DNA of 35,113 nucleotides from a virus, in IMG/VR virus record IMGVR_UViG_637000270_000013. The stretch is one strand, 5' to 3'. The notes under the pieces are model-generated. The model did not search any database. It saw nothing but the letters and a program-made list of their open reading frames with translations, and was not told the origin of the DNA. Position numbers and translations under genes: made by a program. This document shows positions 19,278 to 29,753 of this stretch, piece by piece. How positions within the stretch are numbered: the first letter of the stretch is position 1; each line of letters begins with the position of its first letter.

Positions 19278-19413
19278 TTGCCCGCCGCCGGTTATCCCAG
19301 AGCACATGACGTGGGGCGATAGCGTGATACTCAATGAGAAGCTGCTGCTGGCGCTGGAGATGTGCAATCAGGATAAAGCTGCGCTGAGGCAGATTGAGGC
19401 GCTAAGAAAATAA
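19147..19413 (+). CDS. Rz1-like o-spanin lipoprotein
   Basis: Lipobox 'LLTGC', Pro-rich 'PIPATLLDDCPPP', 'CNQDKAALRQIE'; start codon uncertain. Confidence 0.85.
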   Translation: MRPLRLSAVLVCLCLLPLLTGCGRTQTRYLPIPPAPIPATLLDDCPPPVIPEHMTWGDSVILNEKLLLALEMCNQDKAALRQIEALRK

Positions 19414-19505
19414 TAGAAGGAGGCTAAGGTATAATCGCTTTGCGATTACCTTCAAGCATCCTACAGTCCGCAAGGGCTGGCACTTAAAACAGCAGGAAAT
19501 TCTTT

Positions 19506-19764
19506 ATGGGACGACAAACAAAAAATAAAATGGGTCGCCCCTCTGATTATTTACCGGAGGTAGCGGCAGATATTTGCGCGCTTTTGATGACTGGCGAAAG
19601 TTTAAGGTCAATCTGCCAGCGGCCTGGAATGCCAGTTTTTAGCACAGTCGCATTATGGTTATGCAGGCATGAAGAGTTTTCGGAGCAGTACGCGCGTGCC
19701 AGAGAAATTCAAGCGGAAGTGTTAGCCAAAGATTGTATCAATTTGGCAGATGCTGCGATTGAAG
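19506..19764 (+). pseudogene. Terminase small subunit (Sf6-like) truncated by IS256
   Basis: 'MGRPSDYLPEVAADIC...GESLRSIC..PGMP..STV..WL..HEEFSEQYARARE'. Confidence 0.88.
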
Positions 19765-20987
19765 GAGTTATTATCAAATCTGGTGTATGGCAATCAGGCT
19801 ACGTTCTGCTCTGATGCTTCGTGAATCTGTTCTCCATCCTGAAATTGGACGTTGTTTACCACCAGGGTCAGCAGGTCAAATCCTCTTAGCCGGTTCCAGC
19901 TTTTCTGAGCAGACTGGAGCAGCTTAAATACCATTGACAGGGTGGTTTCTCTCGAACCACACTTTTTTACGCGTCTGCTTCGTAGCCTCACAGTCGCAAA
20001 AGCCGATTCAATCGGCTTTGTCGTTCTTATTGATGCCCAGTGCTCTGACGGGAAGTCGTAGAATGCCAGCAGTTCTTCTCGATCTTTCTCCAGCTTCTTC
20101 ATCGCTGCAGGATACTTCGCTGAAAACCTTGCCAACAAAACATCAAAAGCGTCATTAGCGGCATCGCGGCTTTCTGCTAGCCAGATCTCCCGAAGCTCAG
20201 CCTTAACTTTCGGTTGCACATTAGCCGTTTTGTGCACCCAACAGCGTTGGTGCTGCGTGTCCGGGAATATCTTTGCCATTGCATTCCAAAAACCAAGGGC
20301 ACCGTCTCCCGTAGCTAGCTTGGGAGATACGGTTAGGCCACCTGCTTGCAGGCCATTGAGAAGTTCGGCCCAGTTTGCTTCTGATTCTTGATAACCCTCT
20401 TCGACCGCAACCAGCTCCTGACGTCCATGCTCAGTGACGCCGATACTGACCAGTAGGCAAAGGCGATCATCTTGCCTGACATGGCTGTATATGCCATCAG
20501 CCCAGAAATAAACGTAGCGCGTATCGCTTAAATCACGCAGGCACCATTGCCTGTGCACTTCAAGCCATTGCTGTTTCAGTCTGCTGATGGTACTCGCGGA
20601 GAGGCCATGGGCTTTTTCACCGAGTAGCGCCCCCAGGGCTTCATGAAAATCACCGGTGGATATGCCTCGCAGGTACAGCCATGGCAGCAACGCGCTGTTG
20701 AACGCTGTGGCAAATAACCGTTACGGACGACGGCATGACGCCCATCGTCAAGACGGCGTTCAGCATGGCTTCGAGCTCAGCCTCAACGACGGCGGCCATC
20801 AGTTGTCTGGCACCATGACGGATGAGTTCATGTAAGGGCTCACCGGTAATATCTGGTTCTGCGGAGACCTGTAGGGTAGACTTTTTCATGGCGTATCATC
20901 TCTCTGTCGTTGAAATCATCCACGAAATCAATCAGCAGCATACGCCACCCTCTCCGAAACCTCATACACCAGAAATGAGCATAACTC
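19765..20987 (-). mobile_element. IS256-family element
   Basis: Imperfect terminal IRs GAGTTATTATCAAATCTGGTGTATG and GAGTTATGCTCATTTCTGGTGTATG; no flanking direct repeat. Confidence 0.92.
19794..20889 (-). pseudogene. IS256 transposase with frameshift/deletion
   Basis: 'YLRGISTGDF', 'YFWADG', 'GDGALGFW', 'QRCWVHK', 'IRTTKPIESAF'. Confidence 0.9.
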
Positions 20988-21209
20988 GCGAGATTTTGCA
21001 CTCGCCGATTTTGGTGAGATCAAATTATCGACAATCACGTAGTCGACGTTTTCAACAAATCCGTACTGCTTGATGCGTTCTTTAATCCAGTTGGTGAAAT
21101 CCTTGCCGATCTTCAGGAACGCGTGAAGGTCACGGGCGTTCGCCGTCTGGACGGCTTCTCCATTGATGCTATTTGTTTCGATTGCAATCAGTTGATTTTC
21201 TTTAGACAT
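20988..21209 (-). pseudogene. AntA/AntB antirepressor truncated by IS256
   Basis: 'QTANARDLHAFLKIGKDFTNWIKERIKQYGFVENVDY'. Confidence 0.88.
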
Positions 21210-21276
21210 AGTAAGCTCCTCACAAGTCAATGTGATTAATGAAGTCCCGGGGCGATCCCAGGGCAGAATTACTGGG

Positions 21277-21989
21277 TTAGTGGCGTGTCAGGAAGTGTTT
21301 AACTTCGTCTTCGTGCCAGTGGTCAAGGCGATTTTCCACGCCCCGTTGCTGCTGGCGGTGGCAGCTCTCGAAAAGCCGCTGTATATCAGCTAGCACGGTA
21401 TGGACGTCTTCACGCAGGGTTTCGGTGACTTAGTAAATGCGGCGGCACTCTTCGGCCAGCAGGGGGATATGCTGCGCTTCAAAAGGCATCGGCGATGGGG
21501 TGCCAGTGACATCGCGCAGGGAATAGTAAACGGCATTGGTCCATGCCTGTTCAAAACGGAAGCCGCGGGTAATGCACCAGACTAAACGCGCAAGGTTACG
21601 GGTATCGTTGCGCGTAAAACGCTCAGGGGCTTCGGGTTGGTAGACCGGGTGACTGACTTCGCGGTCGAGAGTGTCCAGCACCCATTTGCGGAACTCTTTG
21701 GCAATCGGCGTGTTGGCGAACATTGCAATCAGGTGAGGTGAGCGCCGCGTAGGGAGAAAACGCGAACTGCTTTTTCACGTAAGCTATTGTTTATCCGATT
21801 GACGGTCAAATTGACCGCCGTTGTCATGCATGAAGTAAATTCGTCTTTGTTCCAATTGTAAATATTTTTGATAGAATCAAGTTGACGATAGTCCAATGCC
21901 TTGGCAAGCACAACAGATGTGAACCAGATTTGCCCGTCGTGGGCGACAGTTTCAAGAATAGTATTACGGAAAGTTAAGGTAGTGGTCAT
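21277..21989 (-). pseudogene. BRO-N antirepressor, copy B (stops and an internal deletion)
   Basis: Homologous to 3786-4545; 'GQIWFTSVVLAKALDY', 'FSLRGAHL', 'AKEFRKWVLD'. Confidence 0.85.
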
Positions 21990-22046
21990 AATGACCTCCT
22001 GCGGTTACTTTGTGTAATCACCACCTAGAGGTCTGAAACTCATATT

Positions 22047-22121
22047 GGTGGTGAACTGAACAGGTTTCAGACTACCGAGTAACCAACTAGCCAGCCTTTC
22101 GGCTGCCCCATTCAGTCCACC
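22047..22121 (-). ncRNA. c4-type antisense RNA, copy B
   Basis: Same fold as copy A with a CAGCC-GAAA-GGCTG hairpin; b' GGTTACT and a' GTCTGAAA match this copy's own flanking targets. Confidence 0.85.
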
Positions 22122-22149
22122 ATTATTAGGACGTACGGATGTTTTTGGA

Positions 22150-22250
22150 CAATAAAAAAACACGCTCGCGGCGTGTCACATTGTCGCGGTCACTTCGGCG
22201 GGGTCTGAAACCTGACACCTGAATTTGCAGGTGCAGATTGACTATAGCGC
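22150..22250 (-). promoter_or_regulatory. c4 a1-b1 target leader and terminator-like hairpin, copy B
   Basis: a1 TTTCAGAC (22203-22210), b1 AGTGACC (22188-22194), ACACG..CGTGT hairpin with a T7 run. Confidence 0.7.
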
Positions 22251-22326
22251 ATGGATTATCTCGTCGTTAATAGTCAAAGCGAAATGTCAAGAAGAAAGTT
22301 CAAAGAATATAGCTTTCCCTGGCCAG

Positions 22327-23138
22327 TCAGCCTTGTGCATAAATCACTTCACCAAACAGCTCATGCAGGTTCACGGTATGAACGGCCATCTACGCTTCGG
22401 CAGGCTAGGAGCGTACTGCGCCGTAGCGGGCATTAGGGACGGTGATAGCCTCTACCTCGTGCTCGACGCACCATTGGCGCAGTGGACGCCACGGATATTC
22501 GATGCCAGTCCGGTTCTTGACGGCAAGCACGGTGGAGTGTTCAAAGCATTCACCCAGACGTGCCGCTAACTTATTGCGCTCACGCACCGCTACCGAAGCC
22601 GTTGCCATCGCGGTTGCTTCACGGCGACTGCCGATCTCTGCTTTGGTGCAGATCGCTTCATCGCGCTCGAACGTCACCAGTTGTGCGGCCTTGCGCTCTT
22701 GCCCCATGTGATCGCGGCTTCTGCCGAGTAAAGGAAGTTCGTCAGGCCAAATTCGACGGGGGATTTTGTTCGCGTAAGCTGAAGTAGTTATCTTCCAGCG
22801 CCTCATACCACTCCCACGTCTGGTCGGTCTCCAACATCTTGGCGTGACGTGAGGTCCCGCGCTCAGTCCGGAAGGTGAGGCTGGTTGAGTGTTTATTAAC
22901 CAACTGACAATAAGACGGTTGGTTATTTTTTTGAGCGAAACTCTTTTAGCTCCTCCCCGTCAATCTTAAAGAGGTGTTTTCCTTCGATGAAACGCTCTTG
23001 GTTGCGTTTGTAATTTTGCTGAATATTATTGATGTCCGTCCCATACCCCTGAGCCAACAGTTCGGTCGTAATCATACGCTGGCCCTGATATTCGATAACG
23101 GGCAGTTGGGTATTCTGAATAGTGATGACTTTGGTTAT
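22327..23138 (-). pseudogene. ORF6N-domain DNA-binding/antirepressor protein; apparent ATA start, frameshifts
   Basis: 'LPVIEYQGQRMITTELLAQGYGT...RNQERFIEGKHLFKIDGEELKEF', 'TERGTSRHAKMLETDQTWEWYEALEDNYF', 'KAEIGSRREATAMATAS'. Confidence 0.85.
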
Positions 23139-23255
23139 AACGATTTCTCCATAGTTAAACGGATGTAGTTAAGAGGTATTAGGGGGCTAGCTTGCAAAAT
23201 TTTGCAGGTTGGTGTTCAGATCGCTTACACTTGGCGTAACACAGGAGGATTACCT

Positions 23256-23570
23256 ATGGGCCAAGTTGCATTTGATACTCAAGAGTTTGTCGAAACACTG
23301 GAAAAGTCTGGCTTGAATAAAGAGCAAGCTAAGGCGATTTCTATTGCTGTGCGTAAATCTCATGAGGTTGCTGATGTTGCAACCAAGCGCGATCTTGATG
23401 ATGTCCGTAAAGACCTATCCGCAGAGATCGCTGATGTCCGTAAGGATATGGCTGTGGGATTTGATAAAATTAACGATAAATTTGAAAAGCTTAGTATGCA
23501 GATGATGATTCGCCTTGGGCTAATGGTCGCAGCTGCAGTCAGTATTATCGCCGCCATCCTCAAGATATGA
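23256..23570 (+). CDS. DUF1640/CCDC90-like protein, copy B
   Basis: 'AFDTQEFVETLEKSGLNKEQAKAI...VATKRDL', C-terminal TM; AGGAGG SD. Confidence 0.85.
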   Translation: MGQVAFDTQEFVETLEKSGLNKEQAKAISIAVRKSHEVADVATKRDLDDVRKDLSAEIADVRKDMAVGFDKINDKFEKLSMQMMIRLGLMVAAAVSIIAAILKI

Positions 23571-23638
23571 CGCTTCCTTAGTACACTATTGCGTATGGTC
23601 ATCATCCCGAGATTAATGAAAAATCTATCGGAATAAGC

Positions 23639-23667
23639 TTGACGTACATTAAGGTAATGAGTACCTT
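23639..23667 (+). promoter_or_regulatory. Putative sigma70 promoter of tRNA-like copy B
   Basis: TTGACG-17 nt-TACCTT. Confidence 0.55.
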
Positions 23668-23688
23668 AGTCCATCGTTGTGATTTTTA

Positions 23689-23767
23689 GGGTCGGTAGCT
23701 CAGATTGGAAGAGCGTACGTGTTATTAAACCGTAAGGACGCGGGTTCGATGCCTGCTCGACCCTCCA
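23689..23767 (+). tRNA. tRNA-like gene with expanded anticodon arm, copy B
   Basis: Identical to 6355-6433 except for one loop base (TTATTAAA versus TTATCAAA). Confidence 0.8.
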
Positions 23768-23962
23768 CTTTCAGCAACACCCCTCCTGCGTCAGGCGCCT
23801 AACCTGTTTGCGTAGTCGCTTGTTGTCTTTGGCCATATACTCAATCACTGCCCTGAGCGTCTGGGCTTCCCCCAGTCTTCGTTAGGCTGCCTGCCCAGAC
23901 TGACCGCGGACATCGTCGATACTCTCGCCGCCGTTGGTGATGGCGACGACCTCTCCCTATAT

Positions 23963-24986
23963 CTCGATCATTGTACTCAGGGTATTATGATCCCCGACTG
24001 ATTAGCACGTGCAAATTCTCACCCCTGTCGGCATTGATGTTGCTTCCCAGAAATTTGACGTTGCAGTCTGGAAAGGTAAAGCAGCCTACAAATTCAAAGC
24101 CTTTTCTAACACGCCTAAGGGTTTCGATGCGCTGAAAAAATGGCTTGAGCCGTTCGGTGACTGCCATATATGTATGGAAGCAACAGGTGCTTACAGTGAG
24201 CCATTGTCTACTTTCCTGGCTGATGCAGGTTACGCTGTGAGCGTGGAAAATCCAGCACGCATAAAATCATTCTGCTGCAGTGAACTGAGTCGTAACAAGA
24301 CAGATAAAGGCGATGCACGCATGATCGCGCGTTATTGTAAGCTGCATGCTCCCGTGTTGTGGCAACCGTTGCCGCTGAATGAAAGAAAGCTGAAAGCGTT
24401 GGTCAACCGGCTAATAAATCTGCAGGAAATGAAGCAGATGGAAGAAAATCGCCTGGAAACAGCCTCCCGTTAGTACAGGTTTCCATCTGCACGGTCATCG
24501 CTGCGCTGGATACCCAAATAGCAGAGATAAAACAGGCGATGGACAATCATATAGGCAACTATCCAAGTCTTAAGCAAAACAGGGAACTGTTGGAATCGAT
24601 CCCTGGGATAGCTGGCGTGTTGAGTAGCATGATATTGGGCTATTTTGGTGATATGTCACGATTCGATAGCAGCAAAGCTGTCGAGGCTTGGGCTGGTCTG
24701 AATCCGATGTTGCAGGAGTCTGGGCTGTGGAAAGGTAAAAGTCGGATATCAAAGGTGGGCAGCGCCATGATACGTAAAGCCCTGTATATGCCGGCCCTGA
24801 CGGTAATGTGCTATAACCCAGCAATAATAGCGCTGAAAGAGCGTATGAATGCACGTAATAAATCAGGGAAAGTTGTCGTATGTGCGGCAATGAAGAAACT
24901 ATTGCAACAAGCTTACGGAGTGCTGAAATCAGGGCAGGTGTTCGATGCTGGAATATGTCTTGCAAGATAACTGGCAAGACGGTATC
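23963..24986 (+). mobile_element. IS110-family element (~1.02 kb)
   Basis: Ends defined (to within a few nt) by the empty site at ~6625; right end CAAGACGGTATC; no terminal IRs. Confidence 0.88.
24009..24970 (+). pseudogene. IS110 DEDD recombinase, frameshift near 24470
   Basis: 'VGIDVAS', 'CMEATGAY', 'NKTDKGDA', 'SIPGI', 'GLNP..QESG', 'RKALYMPA'. Confidence 0.92.
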
Positions 24987-25164
24987 TATTGGGGTGCCTG
25001 AAGGTCAGCACCCATGCGTTAGCCAGTTTCATGATTCAATTCTCCGTAGACTGCTTGTGGTGCCTGATTTGATAACCCTCTCAGGCGGCGAAGGTTCCTG
25101 CATTCCCCAATGCAAAGGAATCGGTTAAAATATGCTTACCCCAATGCAATATAAGGATAAGCCA

Positions 25165-25290
25165 ATGTCTAAAAAGCAAACGGTCACTACCTGCGAAAGG
25201 CTGGCCTATGACTATTTACCCGAAAAGAATGTAAGGCCCGAGCCACAACCTAAGGCTCCGCCACCGACACCGAAGAAAACCGGAGGCTGA
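25165..25290 (+). CDS. 41-aa Pro-rich peptide (not in the ORF track)
   Basis: TAAGGA SD; MSKKQTVTTCERLAYDYLPEKNVRPEPQPKAPPPTPKKTGG. Confidence 0.6.
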   Translation: MSKKQTVTTCERLAYDYLPEKNVRPEPQPKAPPPTPKKTGG

Positions 25291-25308
25291 TAACCATAAG
25301 GAATCGCT

Positions 25309-25755
25309 ATGAGCCGAGATGAAATTAAAGACCGTATCCTGTACGGGTATTATCTAGAACAGTTGTACGCCACCGCGACGGGGCGGATTGACCGACTCTT
25401 TTCGGTGTTAACGTTGATTTTCGGCTCAGCGATAGTGCTAAAAGCGAACCCATTTTTCTTTGGGGTGATGATCGTGATTATTTCAGTGGTGCAATCGACT
25501 TACCAATTTGGCAAGCAGTCCGCCGGAGCCGCGAAACAATCCTTTGAGTATCTCAGATTATTCACAAATGAAGCCCAGTTCAATGATGCTGATCTGAAAG
25601 CCAGACTCATCGAGCTGGAAAGCACTGATAACAACATCTGGTCTTGTCTGAAGCCTATAGCATTGCGGAAAACGCAAATAAAAATTGGTCTTCCTGTTGA
25701 AAATCAAGAAGAGCTATCCATGCTATCAACGTTGTTGCGGTTGCTCTGTGGTTAA
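25309..25755 (+). CDS. Two-TM hairpin membrane protein, SLATT-like architecture
   Basis: N-terminal helix, two adjacent TM helices, helical C-terminus; TAAGGA SD; intact. Confidence 0.7.
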   Translation: MSRDEIKDRILYGYYLEQLYATATGRIDRLFSVLTLIFGSAIVLKANPFFFGVMIVIISVVQSTYQFGKQSAGAAKQSFEYLRLFTNEAQFNDADLKARLIELESTDNNIWSCLKPIALRKTQIKIGLPVENQEELSMLSTLLRLLCG

Positions 25756-26015
25756 ACCCACGACCGTTCTATCATCCAGCACGATGACTTCGCCCCCCAG
25801 CGCTCTGAGCCGGTCGTGTTCGCGCCTCTGGGAGGGGCGTGCTTTCTGCCCCGGCGCTTTGCATTCCACAAACAGCACCCGGCCACCAGGTAAGACGACC
25901 AGACGGTCAGGTACGCCCGCCTGCTCGGCGATACAAACTTGTAGGCGATGCCGCCGGTGGCTTTTACCGCGCGGATAAGCTGTTGCTCGATGGCTTTTTC
26001 TCTTAGGTAGTACAT
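25752..26015 (-). pseudogene. VRR-NUC nuclease, copy B, same frameshift as copy A
   Basis: Identical to 7326-7576. Confidence 0.88.
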
Positions 26016-27513
26016 GCTTATGCCTTCCCGTCATTAATGGCTCTCGCTAAAGCGCCGGTGCTGGTGTTGGGCGAGGGTTTTGCCATACGGTCAGCGGTCA
26101 AAAAGTCATAAACAACGTTGCCGTTGCCGAAGTCCCACGCGTTACAGTTAGCGTTGGCGAACGGTACGATGGTCATGGATGGTTTTTCAATGTTCATCGA
26201 GTTATTCCTTCCGGTAATAAAGCGCTTCAAACCCGCCAGCGTTAAGCGGCAGGCCATCGGCCCAATGTGGGGTAGTTGCCAGTAGGGTGCTTAGCGCGTC
26301 ATGCGTGTAGTCATCGGTATCCGGCGCTTCGCAGACCACCTCATCGTGTACCGTTAAAACAATCTCGTAGCCGTGCTCTTCAATCACGGGCATGGCTGCT
26401 GCCAGCACGTCACGCGTGGCTGCTTGGGTGAGATTTTCCGCAATTTTTCCGGAATATGTTTTGAGCCGGTCCCATTTGTGCTTGTACGGGTCCATGCCCA
26501 TGTAGGTCACTTCCCCTCTCCCGGGTAACAGACGACCCGGCCCGAGGGCAGGGCGATGCGCAGCCACGCACCGTCGCGCCGGATTTTGACGCGCCGACAA
26601 GGCAGCGTGCACCCGGGTGTTCAATGGTGTGCCGTACCCCGTCCTCCAGTGTCCGCCAGAACGAGATGGTCTTTGGATGCGCGTCCCGCCACAGGCGTTT
26701 TATCGAATTACAGGCAACAAACACGCGCTCTGTCAGCCCGTAGGTTTTCTTCCGCTTTACGGACTCGGCGTACCAGTTTCCGGCCTCGCGGATAATTGTC
26801 GCCGGTATGGAGGGCAGGGCCACATCGGCCAGCGCATCGAGGTCAAGGCCGTAGGCGAGGGCAAAGGTCACGAAGGCTGCCACGCCGCCGCCATACCCCA
26901 ATCCGAGCTCCATCACCTTACCGACTTGCCTTTGCGCTTTGGTCATTTCGCTTGGGTCGATGTGGAACGCCTTGGCGTAGGCCAGCTTGTACAGGTCATC
27001 GCCGATACCAGCGTCATAATCGCGGAATGCCTGCAGCTTCCATTCCTCGCCCGCCAGCCACGCCAGCATCCGGCCTTCGATATTGCTCAGGTCGGATACT
27101 ACTAGCTTCTTACCTTCGGGCGTGCGGATGCAGGCGCGTAGTGCAGAACTGGTGAGCGGCATAACGTCGAACGCCAAATCTGCCACGCCCTTTTTCAGCG
27201 CCTTTATCCCCAGGTCAATCTCTGCCTGTGACATGGATGGCCGAGGGAGGTTGTCGGGCTGAAAAAGCCGCCCCGCCCAGCTCCCGGTACGTGAGGCACC
27301 ACAAAACTGCTTGGTGCCGCGTAAACGGCCATCGCGGCTGACGGATTCGACCAATTTCTCGTACTTACTGGTGCTGGTTGTACAGGATTGGAGACGGACG
27401 ATCAGCCGTTCGCGCAACGCTATCGGCAGATCGGGGTCGTTGATACGCCGCTTAAGTGTACTTTTCTGCATATCCGGCAGGGTAATGCCGAAGGCGTTAA
27501 CGATATGGTTGAT
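25765..27513. repeat. ~1.75-kb direct repeat, copy 2
   Basis: Matches 7326-9074. Confidence 0.95.
26202..27513 (-). pseudogene. Family A DNA polymerase, C-terminal part, copy B
   Basis: Motifs A, B and C present; exonuclease domain deleted. Confidence 0.92.
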
Positions 27514-27748
27514 GATTATCCTTGAGAGTTAAATCCTTATATAACAAATCATTAGCCTCTACATTGAAAAATTTTGCAATGTTTTGGACCACTGCCAACC
27601 GAGGACTTTTGACTTCACCATTCAGCATCCGATGCAATGTAGGCTGAGGCATCCCTATTCGCCGTGATAATTCAGCAACACTTTTTACTTGCTTATTAGA
27701 CATTAAGCTATTGATATTTCTTTTTAATTTTTCTGTCCCTAAGTTCAT
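27514..27748 (-). pseudogene. CI-like repressor HTH of prophage B, truncated by deletion
   Basis: 'SVAELSRRIGMPQPTLHRMLNGEVKSPR...IAKFFNV'; runs directly into polymerase sequence. Confidence 0.8.
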
Positions 27749-27878
27749 CTGTATGTCTCCAAATATAAATATATTCTTTTACGCATATTATAATCGGCTA
27801 AAAATAAAATTTTCGCATTTTTATTTCATATACGAATTGTTATTTTTTATGCGTTTTATAAATATTTTGAGAGTTGAC

Positions 27879-28093
27879 ATGATGGATAAAAAAACACTAC
27901 AAGAAGTAGTTAGGTCTCTACTGGAGCTTGGATTCACCCAAAAAGACCTAGAAAAAGACACGGGGTAAAACAACCTTCAATAAGTCGGATACTGACGGGC
28001 AAGAATGCTGACCCTAGAATATCGACAGTGCGTGCTTTGGAGCAGTTTTACCTAACACAAATAGCAACCTCTACCATCACCAAGGCCAAATGA
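27879..28093 (+). pseudogene. Cro-like HTH of prophage B, frameshift in a G run at ~27962
   Basis: 'GFTQKDLEKDTG' / 'VKQPSISRILTGKNADPRISTVRALEQFY'. Confidence 0.75.
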
Positions 28094-28096
28094 CCC

Positions 28097-29570
28097 ATGG
28101 CGATTCGCTACACACAGGGGCGAAACGCTAAGGATAATCAGCCACGCGACAGGAGCGCCACGGACTTCACTGCGTTTGAGAAGTCCGTGCGCAAAAGCTG
28201 CGTGCGTATCGGCGTTAAATCCATTGACACCAAAGGCATTAGAGAATAAAAAGCGGAACTTGCCCTACCTTTGGTGCACGTTCAAGCCGGGGATGCCGCG
28301 ACGGCGCTGTGATACCAGTGCGGGTGACCTGTATGTGCTGCCGCTAGACCTTGACGGCATCAGCGAAGAGGGCTGGCAGAGCGTCAAGTCGGCGATATCG
28401 GACTATCGGGGCTTTTCCTACACCACTGCCAGCCACAAGCACCCGGCGGTGAATGGCGAAAGCCGTATCCGCATTGTGCTCGAACCGAGCCGCCCGATTA
28501 CGGCGGCGGAAAAGCCTAGAGTGTTGCAGCAGCTGCAGGCGCACATCATGCACGTTGTCATGCTGAACTACGATGGTCCGGTTCGCTGGGATGACAGCGT
28601 TTACGGTTCGGCGCAAATCATCTATCTGCCTGATGAGAACGCCGAATTTGAGAGCTTCAACGGGCGACCGGTTGATGTTGACACGTTGCTGGCTGAGGCA
28701 GCGAAAGGGGAAGAGTGCGATCGCCTGCCGGCATCCGATACCAATTCCGTTGACGATTTAGAGCGCCTTGTGCAGCTGGACAATGTTAACGATGAGACGT
28801 TCGACGATATCCGCTCCGCCCTGTGGCACCTCGATGTTATCGCGGACGCTGAGGGTAGTTGCGGGCGCTATTTGGCATGGATTGCGATGGGGAACCGGCT
28901 GGCGTGGTTCAAAGGTACCGAGTACGAAGAGCGGGTGCGCGAACTGTGGATCGAATGGTCCGCCGCCGCCAAGTGGGATAACGACGCACTAAAAGCCGAT
29001 CGTACTGGTTATCAGGCCATCTTTAAGCGCACGGGCGATGCTGGCTGGATAAACCCCGGCTCTGAGCGCATGAAGCATCCCGTGGCGGTGGTGGAGGATT
29101 TTGAGGACCTGGGCGCGGTTGAGGCGGCGAATAAAACGCCGTGGCCAGCCTTTGTGCGCAAAGACAAGACCGGCGTCATTAAAAACACCATCGATAACGT
29201 CAGCAAGGCTGTTGCGCGGCCTGATTTCTGCGGCGTGCAAGTCTGCTTCGACCAGTTCCGCGATGAAATTATGCTGGCCGAGGAGGGCGATAACCAATGG
29301 GTGCCCATTACCGGCCCCGATTTTAGCAGACTGCGTATCACTCTGGAACGGCGGCAGTTTGACCCGGTGAGTAAAGAGCTCAGCGGGATGCAGTGTTGCT
29401 GGTTGCCGATGAGAACCCGTTCGATAGCGCCATCGAGTGGTTGAACGGAGTGGATTGGGACGGTGTGCCACGCGTGAAAACTTTCTTCGAGACGTATTTT
29501 GACGTCGAGCCGTCGGAATATACCTCTGCGGTATCGCTTTACGCCTGGACAGCCTTGGCGGGCAGGGTAT
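28097..29570 (+). pseudogene. Primase / PriCT-2 / VirE N-terminal part, copy B, frameshifted and truncated
   Basis: 'LPLDLDG', 'YTTASH...RIRIVL.PSRPI'; 28890-29307 is near-identical to copy A; 'WDGVPRV'. Confidence 0.8.
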
Positions 29571-29753
29571 GGCAGGGAGATAACCTGCTGATCGACGACA
29601 CGCTTTATGGCAGAAGTACAGCGGCGTACCGCCACGGCTACGATGTTGACTGTTCAGACGAGTCGCTCCGGGTTGAGTACAATCGCCCTGATTTGAAGGG
29701 GCTGAGCGTAACGGCTTGCATCGCGTAATGTCGTCTGGAGAGAGGATAAATAA

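Larger units (their letters stand above)
23771..25032 (-). pseudogene. Homologue of 6437-6673 split by IS110
   Basis: Both halves match copy A on either side of the insertion. Confidence 0.75.

Noticed and set aside
27497-27748. HTH-polymerase fusion protein
   Set aside because: The deletion junction enters pol out of frame and stops within a few codons
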